Shown: one piece after another, positions 1 through 11,065 of the stretch
How the letters are laid out: the number at the start of each line of letters is the position of its first letter
How positions within the stretch are numbered: the stretch's first letter is position 1
From: Hydrolagus colliei
Taxonomy: Eukaryota
Length of the DNA stretch: 64,000 bases
NCBI GenBank assembly: GCA_035084275.1
Contig: CM068755.1
Coordinates: 11,160,001-11,224,000, forward strand
Direction of reading: 5' to 3'
Position numbers and translations under genes: made by a program
The notes under the pieces: model-generated
Told to the model about the DNA's origin: nothing
Databases searched by the model: none
The model's input: the letters and a program-made list of their open reading frames with translations, nothing else

Positions 1-1524
1 TGCCCAGCTTCAGCTTGTAACTTGATACATTGGCCTGTGAAAAATCAGCTGTAAAACCGTGCCTGCAACAGCCCTTCAGGAAAGCAAACCTCCTCAGCTG
101 TTTCCTTCTAATACTTAGTCAAATTAGACTAGTGACTAGTAGTAACATGTGAGCTGCTTTTTACTGCCTCGCAAGCTATTTGCTTTTACTCCCCGAGTCC
201 TAATGCATCAATCTCTAAACTCGAACCATATTTTTTAATCCACTGAATTTATTACGGCTGACCCAGGCAGTTATAATTAGGTGAAGGTTTTCAGTTTCCG
301 TGCAAAACGTGACTGTACCAATGGATGGTTTGATTCCTTGTTGCTTTGCATGATATACACAATTAATTGTATAATGCATTCAATGAGCATTCATGCAACC
401 TTTCTCTGTAGGCAATAAAAGATTAAAGGCAATTATTTTCAAGTCATTTTGATGGATCTTCACTTGCTTGATAATCTAATCTTGATAAGATTCAGTTCAT
501 TTACTCTCTTTGTTATTTATCATTAAATACTATATTGCCAATTCTAATTTACCATTGTATAGCCAATTCTAATAACATGCTTATCTTCTAATTTAAAACT
601 AGGTTAAAAATAGACTTTTTGCTCTCACTAATGCACAGTCAGGACGTTTCTAAGTACACATAATATTTTGATCTATTGATGTTATTATTTCTAATAACTT
701 GGAATAATTAGGACATTGTTAAGCTTTCAGATCCGAGTTTCGTTCTCATTTACAATGCAATGACCTTTGTTTCAAACAGGAAAACCCAACACATTGTTGT
801 CATCTCTGGATGCACTTACTCTAGTTCATCTTAGTCATTGATTTAAGAGAGACTTCCTTTGACTTGTCTGAAGTTTTACGCCGGCACTTGGTGATGAACA
901 TATGTTCGTTATGCTCTTTTGGGGGATTTCCTGCTTCAAAATTTCTCATCTTAACCAAAGGATTCAACACATGCTGGACTACAGTTCCATACATTCTAGG
1001 TACTGTTGCTTCCTCAAACAGCCAGTCAACAAATGCCAGTAGACATTTAGTGCAATGGGGCAATTACACCTGAACGTAAACCTGAAACTTGCAAACTTTC
1101 ATGGAGGGGTCACTGAATGAAGATCAGTTGAAGGAGCCCTGGCTAGTTTTTGTCCAGCCCAAGGATGCTAATGTCGCTAAAGTTGTCCTTAACGTCCCTG
1201 GGCTAGAGAGGGAAACACCAGCCTGAACACCATTTCGCGACTGCTCTATTTAAATGACAGCCGCTATCGATGTCCGGTTCAGAATAGCTCAATTGAGGCA
1301 GCCTATACATTGGCAATTTTCGGTCTACGAAGCTCTACTAGGTACAGTATTAGGTTTGGTAACTGAGCCACCTAGGGAGATGGGCAATAAATGTGTTTAT
1401 TGAAAGGATGTGCAAGGCTTTGCTCCCCTCCAATAAATAAATACTCTAAGTAGTCTGCTGTTTACTTTCACTTAACTTATTTAGATGATGCCCGGTTGTT
1501 AGTCGATCGGCGGATCGCTTTCTG

Positions 1525-1700
1525 GGCTGTAATAATCCCTCAAAAGTAAATGTGGTCACTCAATTCATGCCTGTTTGTGACTGCTGTGTGCAATTAGCAG
1601 CCACGTTTCACCCACAAATTACAGTCAATCCACAATCTATTTTGAGACATCTCAACAACATGACAAGGCGCTTGTCAAACGCGAGGATTCTTAATAATAG
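1525..1700 (+). mobile_element. 3' half of tRNA-Ala-type SINE (decayed)
   Basis: Matches the body and tail of the copies at 2921 and 28414 (taataatccc...ctgtttgtg...gctgtgtgcaattagcagccacgtttcacccacaa...tttgagacatct...gaggatt). Confidence 0.7.
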
Positions 1701-2717
1701 TAAGTAGTGAGGTTCTCTCTTACACAATATCACTGGTTGCCTGTTCCAGACAATGTATGAGTAATGTGTGGCTGGAAAGCACAGACTCCTCCAACAAACT
1801 CTGAAAGAAGCATTACACATTCTCCTCATGGGAGCATTTGTATTCCTCAAAAAACGTCTCCAGATAGCAAAAGCAGCTGTTTACCAAGTGGGCACGGGAG
1901 AAAAGGAATAGTAAATCCTCAAATGTCACTTTAAAAAAAACATTTACCTTGACCTTTCATCTAAAAGGCTGAATTCCGCTGTACACCTGTGCAAGTAATA
2001 TGTCACCCACATTTGATGAAATTGGAGCCAGTCTAGGATCAAATTGGGATCAGTGCAAATCTGAATATCAGATAGACCGGACTTTGAGGTAACAAGAAAA
2101 AACGTCACATTTTACTTAATCTTTGCTCTCACCCTGAGTGGGGCAGTGGTGATGGTGGTGGGGACGATATTTTCAATGAGAAAAAAAACATTTGTTTGAG
2201 TGGAAGCTTTTGTTTTTCTTTAACAAAGCTGAGGGGTCAAACATTAGATTCTCTATGGAAACCAGCAGTCATGACCACACTACAATTACCCCGCTCACCA
2301 TGCCCTCTGCATAACCTTGCAACTCTTCCATTCTGATGAAGGATCCAACATGCCTTTGCTGACTCCTAGTTCCTGACAGGCCCACTTCACTTGAAATGTT
2401 GAAATCTCTATTCACAATTCAGTCTTTTATGAGTGATCCAGAAAATACATTTCTTTTATCTTTTGTTTGTTTCTTTTAAATAAAACCCCCCTCCCTCAAA
2501 ATACCATCTAATGGTTTGTTAACATAAACATAAATTTGCGCCGGAGAAGCTATCAGATTGTGATTTTGCATAATCACAGCAGTAATCCTTTCATTTGATG
2601 TACCACCAAAGGCAGGGGTGGAGTAGGCAGTGGGAGGCTGGCTGCAGATCTTGGTTCTTGCCAACCTGTGCTCAATTTCATCAACAAAACAGGCAATTAT
2701 AATATAATGATAATAAT

Positions 2718-2810
2718 ATTCACTTTACAGTATATACTGTGAAGCACTTTGAGATGTCTAGAAGATGTGATAAGGTGCTAAATCAAATGCAAGGATTATT
2801 ATTATTATTG
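2718..2810 (+). mobile_element. Solo SINE/L2-type 3' tail (type A, (ATT)n)
   Basis: ttcactttacagtatatactgtgaagcactttgagatgtctagaagatgtgataaggtgctaaatcaaatgcaagg followed by (att)n. Confidence 0.8.
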
Positions 2811-2920
2811 CCTTATGTACGGAATAAGATAAGCAGAACACATTCTTCCAGGGAGACAGTGTACATCCCATTCAAATACAGGGAAATTTCTAAGTGTAGG
2901 TGGCATATAGATATATATAT

Positions 2921-3190
2921 ACGCAAGCGAGAGACATGGGTTCGATTCCAGGCAGGGCAAAACCTTGGTGAGGTTTCCTTACTCCAAACGCCGAATAATA
3001 ATCCTTCAAAAAGTAAAATAATAATAAATTGGTCATTTCAATCATGACTGTTTGTGGGATACTGCTGTGTGCAATTATCTGCCGCATTTCACCCACAATT
3101 ATATAGTAGATTTACTTTACAATATACTCTGTGAAGTGTATTGAGACATCTAGATGTGAAAAGCGCTCAGTTAAATGCAAGGATTATAAT
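2921..3190 (+). mobile_element. tRNA-derived SINE (Ala-type head), near full length
   Basis: Pol III B box GGTTCGATTCC at 2939-2949. Body is shared with copies at 15660, 21875 and 28414. Ends in a type A hairpin tail, aaatgcaaggatt. Confidence 0.85.
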
Positions 3191-4827
3191 TTTAATCAGT
3201 ATAGACTTTATAAAAGTCACCTGATGATTTCTATTCTGTAATAGAATAATAATAATAATCAAGGAGCTGGTTTTTTCCTGATGATAAACATCACTCAACA
3301 CATGTCGTTGCATCTTGTCCAAACCCATTCTTGTATGTATTGGTTACATTTATTACCCATTAATCAAGTCTGCAATTATTTAAATTTCTTCAGTAATAGA
3401 ACCACTAATCCTTTAGAGCCGGCACACACTCCCTTTGTGAATCATTTACTTATTTGTCTGAAGTTGGAAAGTGAAATATGAAGACGTTGTCTTTGAATCA
3501 AAGTTAAAACTCAAACGTTTTAACAAATGCCTTGAAGTCACCAGACCATTTTGGATGTGAAATATGCAGCAGATCAAACTTGTGCTAGCTTTTTGTTAAC
3601 ATTTATATTTGGTGGTGGTTTTGCCCAACATTCAATATGCTGGCAATTTGTTGGACGACAGAGTACATTTTGGATTCTCAGTTTGTGGGTCAGGGATAAA
3701 AATGCAAGAGCAAAATAAGATCCTCGAGTAAATTAGCCCACTCAGATACTGGAAAAACTAATGCATAGTCTCTTAGAGATTTAAGGAATCTGAGTCCCAA
3801 GTCAGGGCTCAATATGATTCCAAAGGCTTTCTTTCTACTGTCCCCTATCCAAGTACTGTCCTGCTTCAGGTCCTTGCCCACCCCAATAGTAGTGTATTTT
3901 ACAAATGTAATTTGTTGTTGTTATTGAAACTGTACTCTCTGTCCTTGTTTCTGGTTCTGCCATTGGTATTTGGGCAGCGGAGATTGTGAAAATACTTATT
4001 TGCATTTGCTTTCTTTCATGAATCTGTGAGGGCATCAGATATCACACCTCTTGTACATGGTGTCAGATGTTCATGGAATATGACACATGAAGGTCAAACT
4101 AAAGTCTGATTGCTCCGTGATGGATTATTTTTTATTACGGGATAGACTAATAATAATCCTTGCATCTGCATTGAAAATGTTCTAAAAGGCAAGGCAACCA
4201 GAATCTGACTCTGATTCAGGTTCCCAAATTCACTTCAGAGAAAACTGACTATTTTACATTACGAGTTTCCCTGCAGGCGTGCCTCTAGAGACAAACCCTC
4301 GGTATAAAAGCAACATTATTAGACTTTTGCTCTCTTCTTTGCTTGTAGGCCTGACTCATGCCCAGATACAGTTTCACAGGTGCTGGAAGATCTGAGTACC
4401 TTGTCTATTCCTTTGTCATGTTAGAGCCAGATAGGAAGTGTTGACAGTGTGGATATTTAGCTGTGGGAACATTGAATCCGGGACTGATCCCGTCTTCACT
4501 TGACAAAAGCGCAGAGAGCAGTGGAGATTGAGTCAGAGGACACAGAACAATAATTTGCAAAGTACTGTACCAAGATTCAGTGCGAAAAAGGACAGAAAAA
4601 AAACAGACATTGAATTTAACGCTTGACAAATATAGTACTGATTCCGACATTTGAAATGGAGCATTTCACTTTTGGAGGACGTCTTTAAACGGTTCACAGG
4701 ATTTACGTAAAGTGTAGTGACTGTGTATGTGTAGACTATGGCATTCAATTTCTGCACAGCCAGGAAATGAATGTCCTATTTTATGTGGGAGAATTGTTGA
4801 CCGGGATAAACTCCTTTCTCTTTTCAA

Positions 4828-4990
4828 GTAGTGCCATGGGAACAGTCAATTGGAACATGGTTTAACATCTCATCCAAAGAACAACACCTTCAACTCATGC
4901 AACAACCCATTGCATTGGAGTGTCAACTTAGACAACGTGAGTTCAAAGTCCCAAGCTCTGAATCAGAGTGCTGCCAACTGATTCAGGCTG
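4828..4990 (-). mobile_element. Deu-domain SINE (SacSINE1/AmnSINE1-like), decayed
   Basis: Reverse complement reads tcagttggcagcactctg...gactttgaactc...gacactccaatgca...ttggatgagatgttaaacc...cccatggcacta, similar to copies at 15408 and 36428 and to the recalled Deu-domain consensus. Confidence 0.7.
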
Positions 4991-5424
4991 AAACCACATC
5001 ACATATAAAGTGATTTGCGTTGGTAGAAAAAAAGGGGAACATACTTAACCAATAAATGGAATTGAATTAAACCAGGGAGACTGGGCAAGGGCCTTTGTTC
5101 TTACAGTACAAATTTCACTTTCAATTTTCAGATGAAGTAAAGTCATTAAAAGAGCAAATAGAATGCCCAGAATACTGTCGAAACGGCACAATACACGACT
5201 AAAGAAGCTATAATGAAGCTTTACAGCTTCAAAGAAGCTTTACAGTACTCTGGTTAGAGACTGTACCAGAGTCTAAATAATGTTCAGCTTTGATTACCAC
5301 AGAACAAAAAAAAACTTTGAATTAAATGTGCTGAAATGAGCAATAAGACAACACCAATTCTAAAAGGCAATGCGCTTTGCCAAATAAATACGAGAGTGGG
5401 GTTGGGTGGGGTGTGGGGAATAGG

Positions 5425-5490
5425 CTTTATGATCTGGAAAGAGGGAAGGTGAGGGGGACCTTATTGAAATATTTAAAATATTTCATGGTA
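5425..5490 (+). mobile_element. CR1-clade LINE ORF2 C-terminal fragment
   Basis: gtgagggggaccttattgaaatatttaaaata translates as VRGDLIEIFKI, matching the CR1 'RGDLIExFKI' motif. Confidence 0.6.
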
Positions 5491-6004
5491 CTGTCTGTCA
5501 CAAATTATGAGATTTGTTGCTGGTTTAAATTACCTTAATGTAGAAAGATACCAACCGATGTTTTTCCAGACAGTTGGGGGCTAAAATTGCAGGCAGTGGG
5601 AGACTAACTGGCTTTGTGCTGAGTTCAGAGAGTGATTGCTGTGACATTTTGATTAACACCGAGGTGGGAAAAGCTTGCCTTGTCACCAGATTGAGAGTCA
5701 CAATGTCTGGGTTCTAAAGAACTGTACTGTACATTGTATTGATATACTATAACACTGTAACTGTTTAGCCAGAGTCAGTGTTTTGTAAAAAAAGAAGGTG
5801 CCTGTATGTTGCATGCAAACACTGGCTTATCCAAGTTTCTCAAAGGGACATTCAGCTCTCTGTGAAATGTTTGCAAGATTTTCATCCTATGTGAAAGGTA
5901 TTATACAGCTACAAATAGTTGTTATGAGATAGATTTAATACAAATTCAGTTTACCACACTAAACGAATTCTGGATCGGCTAGCTGTGTGGAGAGTCAGTC
6001 AAGC

Positions 6005-6720
6005 CAGTAAGGAACCTAGGTATCTTGTTCGATCCTCAACTGTCTTTCCTCCCCCACATCCAAGGAATAACTTGCTCTGCCTTCCCTCACCTCCGCAATA
6101 TTGCCTGACTTAGTCATTACTTTCCCCCCAAGGCCGCTGAAATCCACATTCATGCCTCCATAATATCCCGGCTTGTCTACGCAAATGCCCTGCTTGTTGA
6201 CCTTCCTATTTACTCCCTCCACAGGTTACAGATAATCCAGAACTCTATGGCTGGTGTCCTCTACCATTCCAAACTCCGTGACCCCATCTCCCACATCCTC
6301 GCCCGACTCCATTGGTTGCCCATCATCCAGAGGATCCAATTCAAGATTCTGGGTCTCACATTCAAAGCCCTCCATGGCCTCACCCCACCCTATATCCGTG
6401 ACCTCCTAACCCCCTAACAATCTGCCCACCCCCTCCGCTCAGCAGGATTTGGTCCACCCGGCCCACCCTTGGGGGGCAAGCCTTTAGCCACTCTGTCCCC
6501 AACCTCTGGAATTCCATCCCACAGTCCCTCTGCCTCGCCCCCTCCTTGGCCTCCTTCAAGTCCCGATTCAAGACCCTCCTCTTCGATGGTCCCATCGGTC
6601 AACCCAAATACCCCCTTTCCCTCCACCCTCCCTGTCCCCAGCTCGGGTCTGAAACAATGACTGACCAGTGCCTTGGGATGTCCTCTTGACATGAGAGTGT
6701 AATTTTGTTGTTGTTGTTGT
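6005..6720 (+). mobile_element. L2-clade LINE, 5'-truncated ORF2 3' end plus 3' UTR and (TTG)n tail (type B)
   Basis: Translates as RNLGILFDPQLSFLPHI...LARLHWLPIIQRIQFKIL...FKALHGL with stops and frameshifts. C-rich 3' UTR, then tail ccagtgccttgggatgtcc...(ttg)n. Confidence 0.9.
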
Positions 6721-6759
6721 CATTGTTCTTAATAGCAATGGTAATAAAAGTAATCCTTG

Positions 6760-6815
6760 CATTTGGTATAGTGACTTTCACGTCAGAAGGATGTCCTAAA
6801 GAGCTTCGCAGGAAG
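6760..6815 (-). mobile_element. Solo hairpin tail, tail-to-tail with the preceding L2
   Basis: taatccttgcatttggtatagtgactttcacgtcagaaggatgtcctaaagagcttc is the reverse complement of a type A-like tail. Confidence 0.65.
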
Positions 6816-7869
6816 TGGACGGTGTATTTCTGGGTAAACGCAATAGCCAATGATTTCCAAAAATGACACTTTATGGCAATGTCCGTAATGACAAATGAGA
6901 TCAATAATATTGTTTTCCATAAAGGATAAACACTAAATTGTAAAATAACACAAGCATAGATTTTGCGGGCAGATCTGCAAAACAACAGCATCACTTGATT
7001 TTACATTGAAGCTTAACGTGCACTCGTCATTTTAAATAATGACACAAATCCTCTCAACAAATTTGCAAAAAGATCTGATTGATGGTTCCGTAAATTTGAA
7101 ATTTGTTTATTGATGTTTTGAACTCTTTGGTGCATGCAGAGCATCAAGCCTTGAGTCTGCGTTCAACCTCCCCTAAATGCAACCTTTGTTTTTGTTTGCA
7201 ATCCTTCAGTTCATTTTGCCACTGGATTGAGGGATTGCAAAAGCTCCTCTTGTGCAATATTTTTTCATCTGCACTGGTTTCATTTCCCTCTGAAGGTTGT
7301 TCCAGATCTCACATCTCTCATGCACAACCTTTGTGTACTCTGATCTGGCGTTGACAGGATGTCCATCTTTTAAGTCACAAGTTCTATCATCCGAGGCTGA
7401 ATTTATGCTGCAGTTTGGCGAGATGCAGAAAACGGCTTGTGGGCACATTTTTATATGTGAAAAAAAATAGTTCAACCAAGTCTGGTGGTATTCTACCTAC
7501 TTGCATCAGTGCGTAATACTTCAGGTAGAGTTAGTAACAAAGTCAGAGTCAATTGGTAAAAGAGGCAATAATGAAAATTGATAGGTTTCTCAACAAGCTC
7601 AAAAATCTCATTATTATATATGTGATGCACAGAGCTGGCAATACAGCCTCTGAGGGCATAACATTGAGACTATAATAGAATAGCTATAAAAATTGTGAAG
7701 GCTGTTTCCCTGTAGCAGCAGGACAGACATTGGTGTGCAGTGTGTGCAATCCTGAACAGATCTTACTTAAGTACGACTGGAGGAAACGGTATGCCGTAAG
7801 CATTTTGAAAGTCAGAATGAAGGTCTTGCAAAGATAGAACCATCTCAAATCAAATCAATCAATCAATCA

Positions 7870-8185
7870 AATCTTTTGGGAAATAGAGGGCAGAGACAGG
7901 GTTGATGAGCATGCGGAGAACGGTGATCCAGTGATTCTGGAGTCAAGGAAGTAGGTGGAAAAGTAATGTTGGGAGTCAACAGCATGCATGCAGAATTCGA
8001 TTCTGTGTCTGAGGACGATGTCGTGATAAGGAAGCTGGTCAAGGAGGAAAAGAAATGAATGGAGAATATAGTCCTGAGCAAAACTGCAAGCGACTGTGCC
8101 AGACAGGAAGAGAAGCCACTAAGGAGGCAGTGAAGAAGCAGGGACAGGCAGGTGTGGAACCAGGAAAGTGTGGCAGAGGAGGACA
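7870..8185 (-). mobile_element. Highly decayed L2-clade reverse transcriptase core
   Basis: Minus strand reads SATLSWFHTCLS, then after a frameshift TVACSFAQDYILHSFLFLLDQLPYHDIVLRHRIEFCMHAVDSQHYFST. This is colinear with the L2 RT segment (L.WF..YLS...GVPQGSVLGPLLF.IY..PL..II..HG..FH.YADDTQLY). Confidence 0.75.
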
Positions 8186-8609
8186 CGGACTTGAATGTGC
8201 TGCAAGCTCTACCAATTGTATTTGCTGAGTGTTTTGAAATGTGTGCAAGACATTGCAAACAGCACCAAATCGTCTGCAGAGTGATTACTCTCTCCACTCT
8301 GGTCATTTAATGCATCCACATCGGTTATTGCCTATAAACACGAAAAGGAATTTATGGCACAGTTTGCCCCGTAAGCATAGTTTTCTTTCAAACACGATCC
8401 TTTGTGGAGAGCAATTTTATAATGTGCGCTGGTACCTTAATGCATTGTAAACTAACAAGCAATGTGCAGGCAGTAACAGTAGAATTCTAGCCACAAAGTA
8501 AACATAGTTCTAGTCAATGTGCAATGTAATGTTGGCACATAACAAAACTGACGTGAGGAAGGAAGTTAAATTGCCAGAACAGAGTTGCAGTTCCACTTTA
8601 TGACTGTTT

Positions 8610-8683
8610 AAGCGCTCTGAGACTCCGTCCGGCGTGGAGAACGCTAAATAAATCGAAGTTGTCGTTGTTGTCGTCGTCGTTGT
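8610..8683 (+). mobile_element. Solo L2 3' tail (type C)
   Basis: agcgctctgagactccgtccggcgtggagaacgctaaataaatcgaag then (ttg/tcg)n, the same tail as the L2 ending near 38960. Confidence 0.8.
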
Positions 8684-9177
8684 TTGTCGGGCAATGCTGA
8701 ATGTGAATTGACTACCATATTCACCTACAAAATCCTCTCAATGTGAAAGGCGCTACACCATATGCAAGGATCAACGTTATTGTTCATTATTATTATACAA
8801 AGGATGGGCTCCCTATGCTGCTAGCTTTCTGTCTCTGATCTCCCACAGCGACAGTTGACACTGATAGACAACAGAAGCAGCAGCATCTTCCTGGAACCCA
8901 GCCTCTGTCCCTCTTGTGCAGAGCACAGCAGTAGCTTCAAGCCGATGATGATTAAGGGTCACAAACCTCAGTGATGGTTCCCTATTGTAGCTTCAAAAGC
9001 CTTAAAGATTGCTGATCGGTGAAATCTTAAATAACTTGACCTCTGACCGAACAGATGCCTCTCAGGGTAACACCTTCCCCTTTAGATATTTTACTCCATA
9101 AACTTCTTATCCTGTCAGCCTCAGAGTCTGGTTGTTGTCACTCATTCTCCAAGAACAATATCACAAGTAAGTTTCAG

Positions 9178-9450
9178 ATGAAGAGGGCCCTTCGAACCAT
9201 TCAATTTTATCTTCTCGGAATACCCACCTTACTGTACCCTATTACAGCATTTAAGCTGTCTCTTAAATGAATCCAGCATTCTAGACTTAATCACTCACCC
9301 CGGTAATCCATTCCTTTCATTCCTTACCTTCTTTGCAAATAAATATTTCCTGGTGTCTGCCCTGAAAACCATATTCCTTGAAAAGGAAACCCTTTTCAAC
9401 CTTCAAAGTGTGTCCTCTTGTTCTGCTCTAACAACCCCTAACAGTGTCCT
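9178..9450 (-). mobile_element. CR1-clade LINE 3' end, decayed
   Basis: Plus strand gagggcccttcgaaccat...ctgtctcttaaatgaatccag...cactcaccccggtaatccattcc...aaatatttcctgg...tgtgtcctcttgttct is the antisense of a CR1 ORF2 end (RTRGH...R..F..R....WN.LP). Confidence 0.6.
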
Positions 9451-9465
9451 ATGTTTTCCTCAAAA

Positions 9466-9852
9466 GTGTTCAAGATCCTGGTTCTCATTTTCAAAGCGCT
9501 CCACGGCCTCGCTCCTCCCTACTTCTGTGGCCTCCTAACCCTCTACCAATCTGTCTGCTCGCTCCACTCAGCAAGCTCTGGCTTTCTTCACATCTCCCTG
9601 CTCTGCCCTACCCAATAGAACTCCATCCCACAGTCCCCCCACCTCACCCCCTCCCTCCCTTGCCTTCTTCAAGACCTGTCTCAAGAACGTCCTCTTCGAC
9701 CGTGCCTTTGGTCACCCTCCTACCCCTACCTTTCCCACCCTCCACCCCTCTTAATCCCAACCACCAACTCACATGTGGATCGCTAACCATCCAGTACCTT
9801 GGGACATCCTCCTGATGCGAAAGGCACTATACAAATGTAATTTGTTGTTGTT
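9466..9852 (+). mobile_element. L2-clade LINE 3' fragment (type B tail)
   Basis: FKILVLIFKALHGLAPPY-like translation, homologous to 6340-6720. Tail ccagtaccttgggacatcctcctgatgcgaaaggcactatacaaatgtaat(ttg)n. Confidence 0.88.
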
Positions 9853-10974
9853 TGGATGAACCAAAATAAAGATAGCGCAAATACAAATCACACTATTCTT
9901 TAATTGCAATATTGACCTCTTTGTTTCTCTTTGTCTCCATGTTCGTCTATTGACATCTGGCCAGAGGTGGCGTGAAATTTATGCATGTTATGTCAGCCGT
10001 AGCACTGATGGAATTATTATTTAGCTAAAAAGGCAATTAGTGGGTTTTGCAGACAATTTGAATGTGCGATTAATTGGTTTCACAATCTGCCATTAATGAC
10101 CGCTTTGAAATAACACGACATCAATTAAATTGTCAGTGTTTCTAGCAACAGAAATCAAAACTTTTATGTACCACAAGTAATGCTGCTAAGTCACACTGCA
10201 AGCGGAATTTTACCCTCCTTTGAGACTCTACTTTGAAATCACAGCCATTGCTTCTGTACATTGTCCAAACGAAATAACACAACTAGTCAGAGCTGCGGGG
10301 TTCGTTACTATGCAAGTCAGATGATGACAAGTGCCTACCTGAAAATTTTTACAACTGTAATTATTTTTGCTGCAATGAAAAGCTGATATATAATACACAA
10401 AGTCTGATAGCCAGTAGCATAATACCACAGAGGCTTTGGTGAAAGTGTACAACTGCATTGATAGATTTCAGCCAGTTATTTTCTCCACCATTCTTCTCTG
10501 CTTTATCCCTCTTTATAAAGTAAGGTACGCAACAGAAACTCTTTTCATTCTGTGCCCTGTGAGAGCACTAAGTGGTTAGGTACTGCACAAGCTATTTAAT
10601 GATACCTGTGAGCAGGAATGTTTATTTAAAAGGACCATTTGCCAAGTTCTGATTCATTTCCCACATGTTTTAGAATTTATTCAAATACCTGGATAGTTGC
10701 TTTTCTTTCTGAAGGACGAATCCACCAAAGAAACGTTCAGTTTAAAGACGAGTGAATAACGTTTGTGAGGAAACACTACTCTCTACTTACGCATTGTTGT
10801 GTTGTCGCTGACCATTAGGTGACATAGCCTTGGCTTCATTTCTATTCAATGTCTTCTGCAAAACAGTCAAGAGGAATGTTAAGAGGGATTTATATTCCAT
10901 CTAAAATGTTATACACCTCCATAACTTCCCCTCGGAATTATCATCCCTCAAGACTGAAGAGCCCAACCACAACA

Positions 10975-11065
10975 ATAATAATAATCCTTGCATTTGGATA
11001 TGGCATCTTATCACAACATTGGGACATCTCAAAGTATTTCACAGAATTTACAGTAAAGTGAATTA
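10975..11065 (-). mobile_element. Solo SINE 3' tail (type A)
   Basis: (aat)n ccttgcatttggatatggcatcttatcacaacattgggacatctcaaagtatttcacagaatttacagtaaagtgaatt. Confidence 0.7.

Noticed and set aside
9958-9974. CTCF-like site ggccagaggtggcg
   Set aside because: It needs a one-base gap to fit the CCASYAGRKGGC core, which is too weak on its own.
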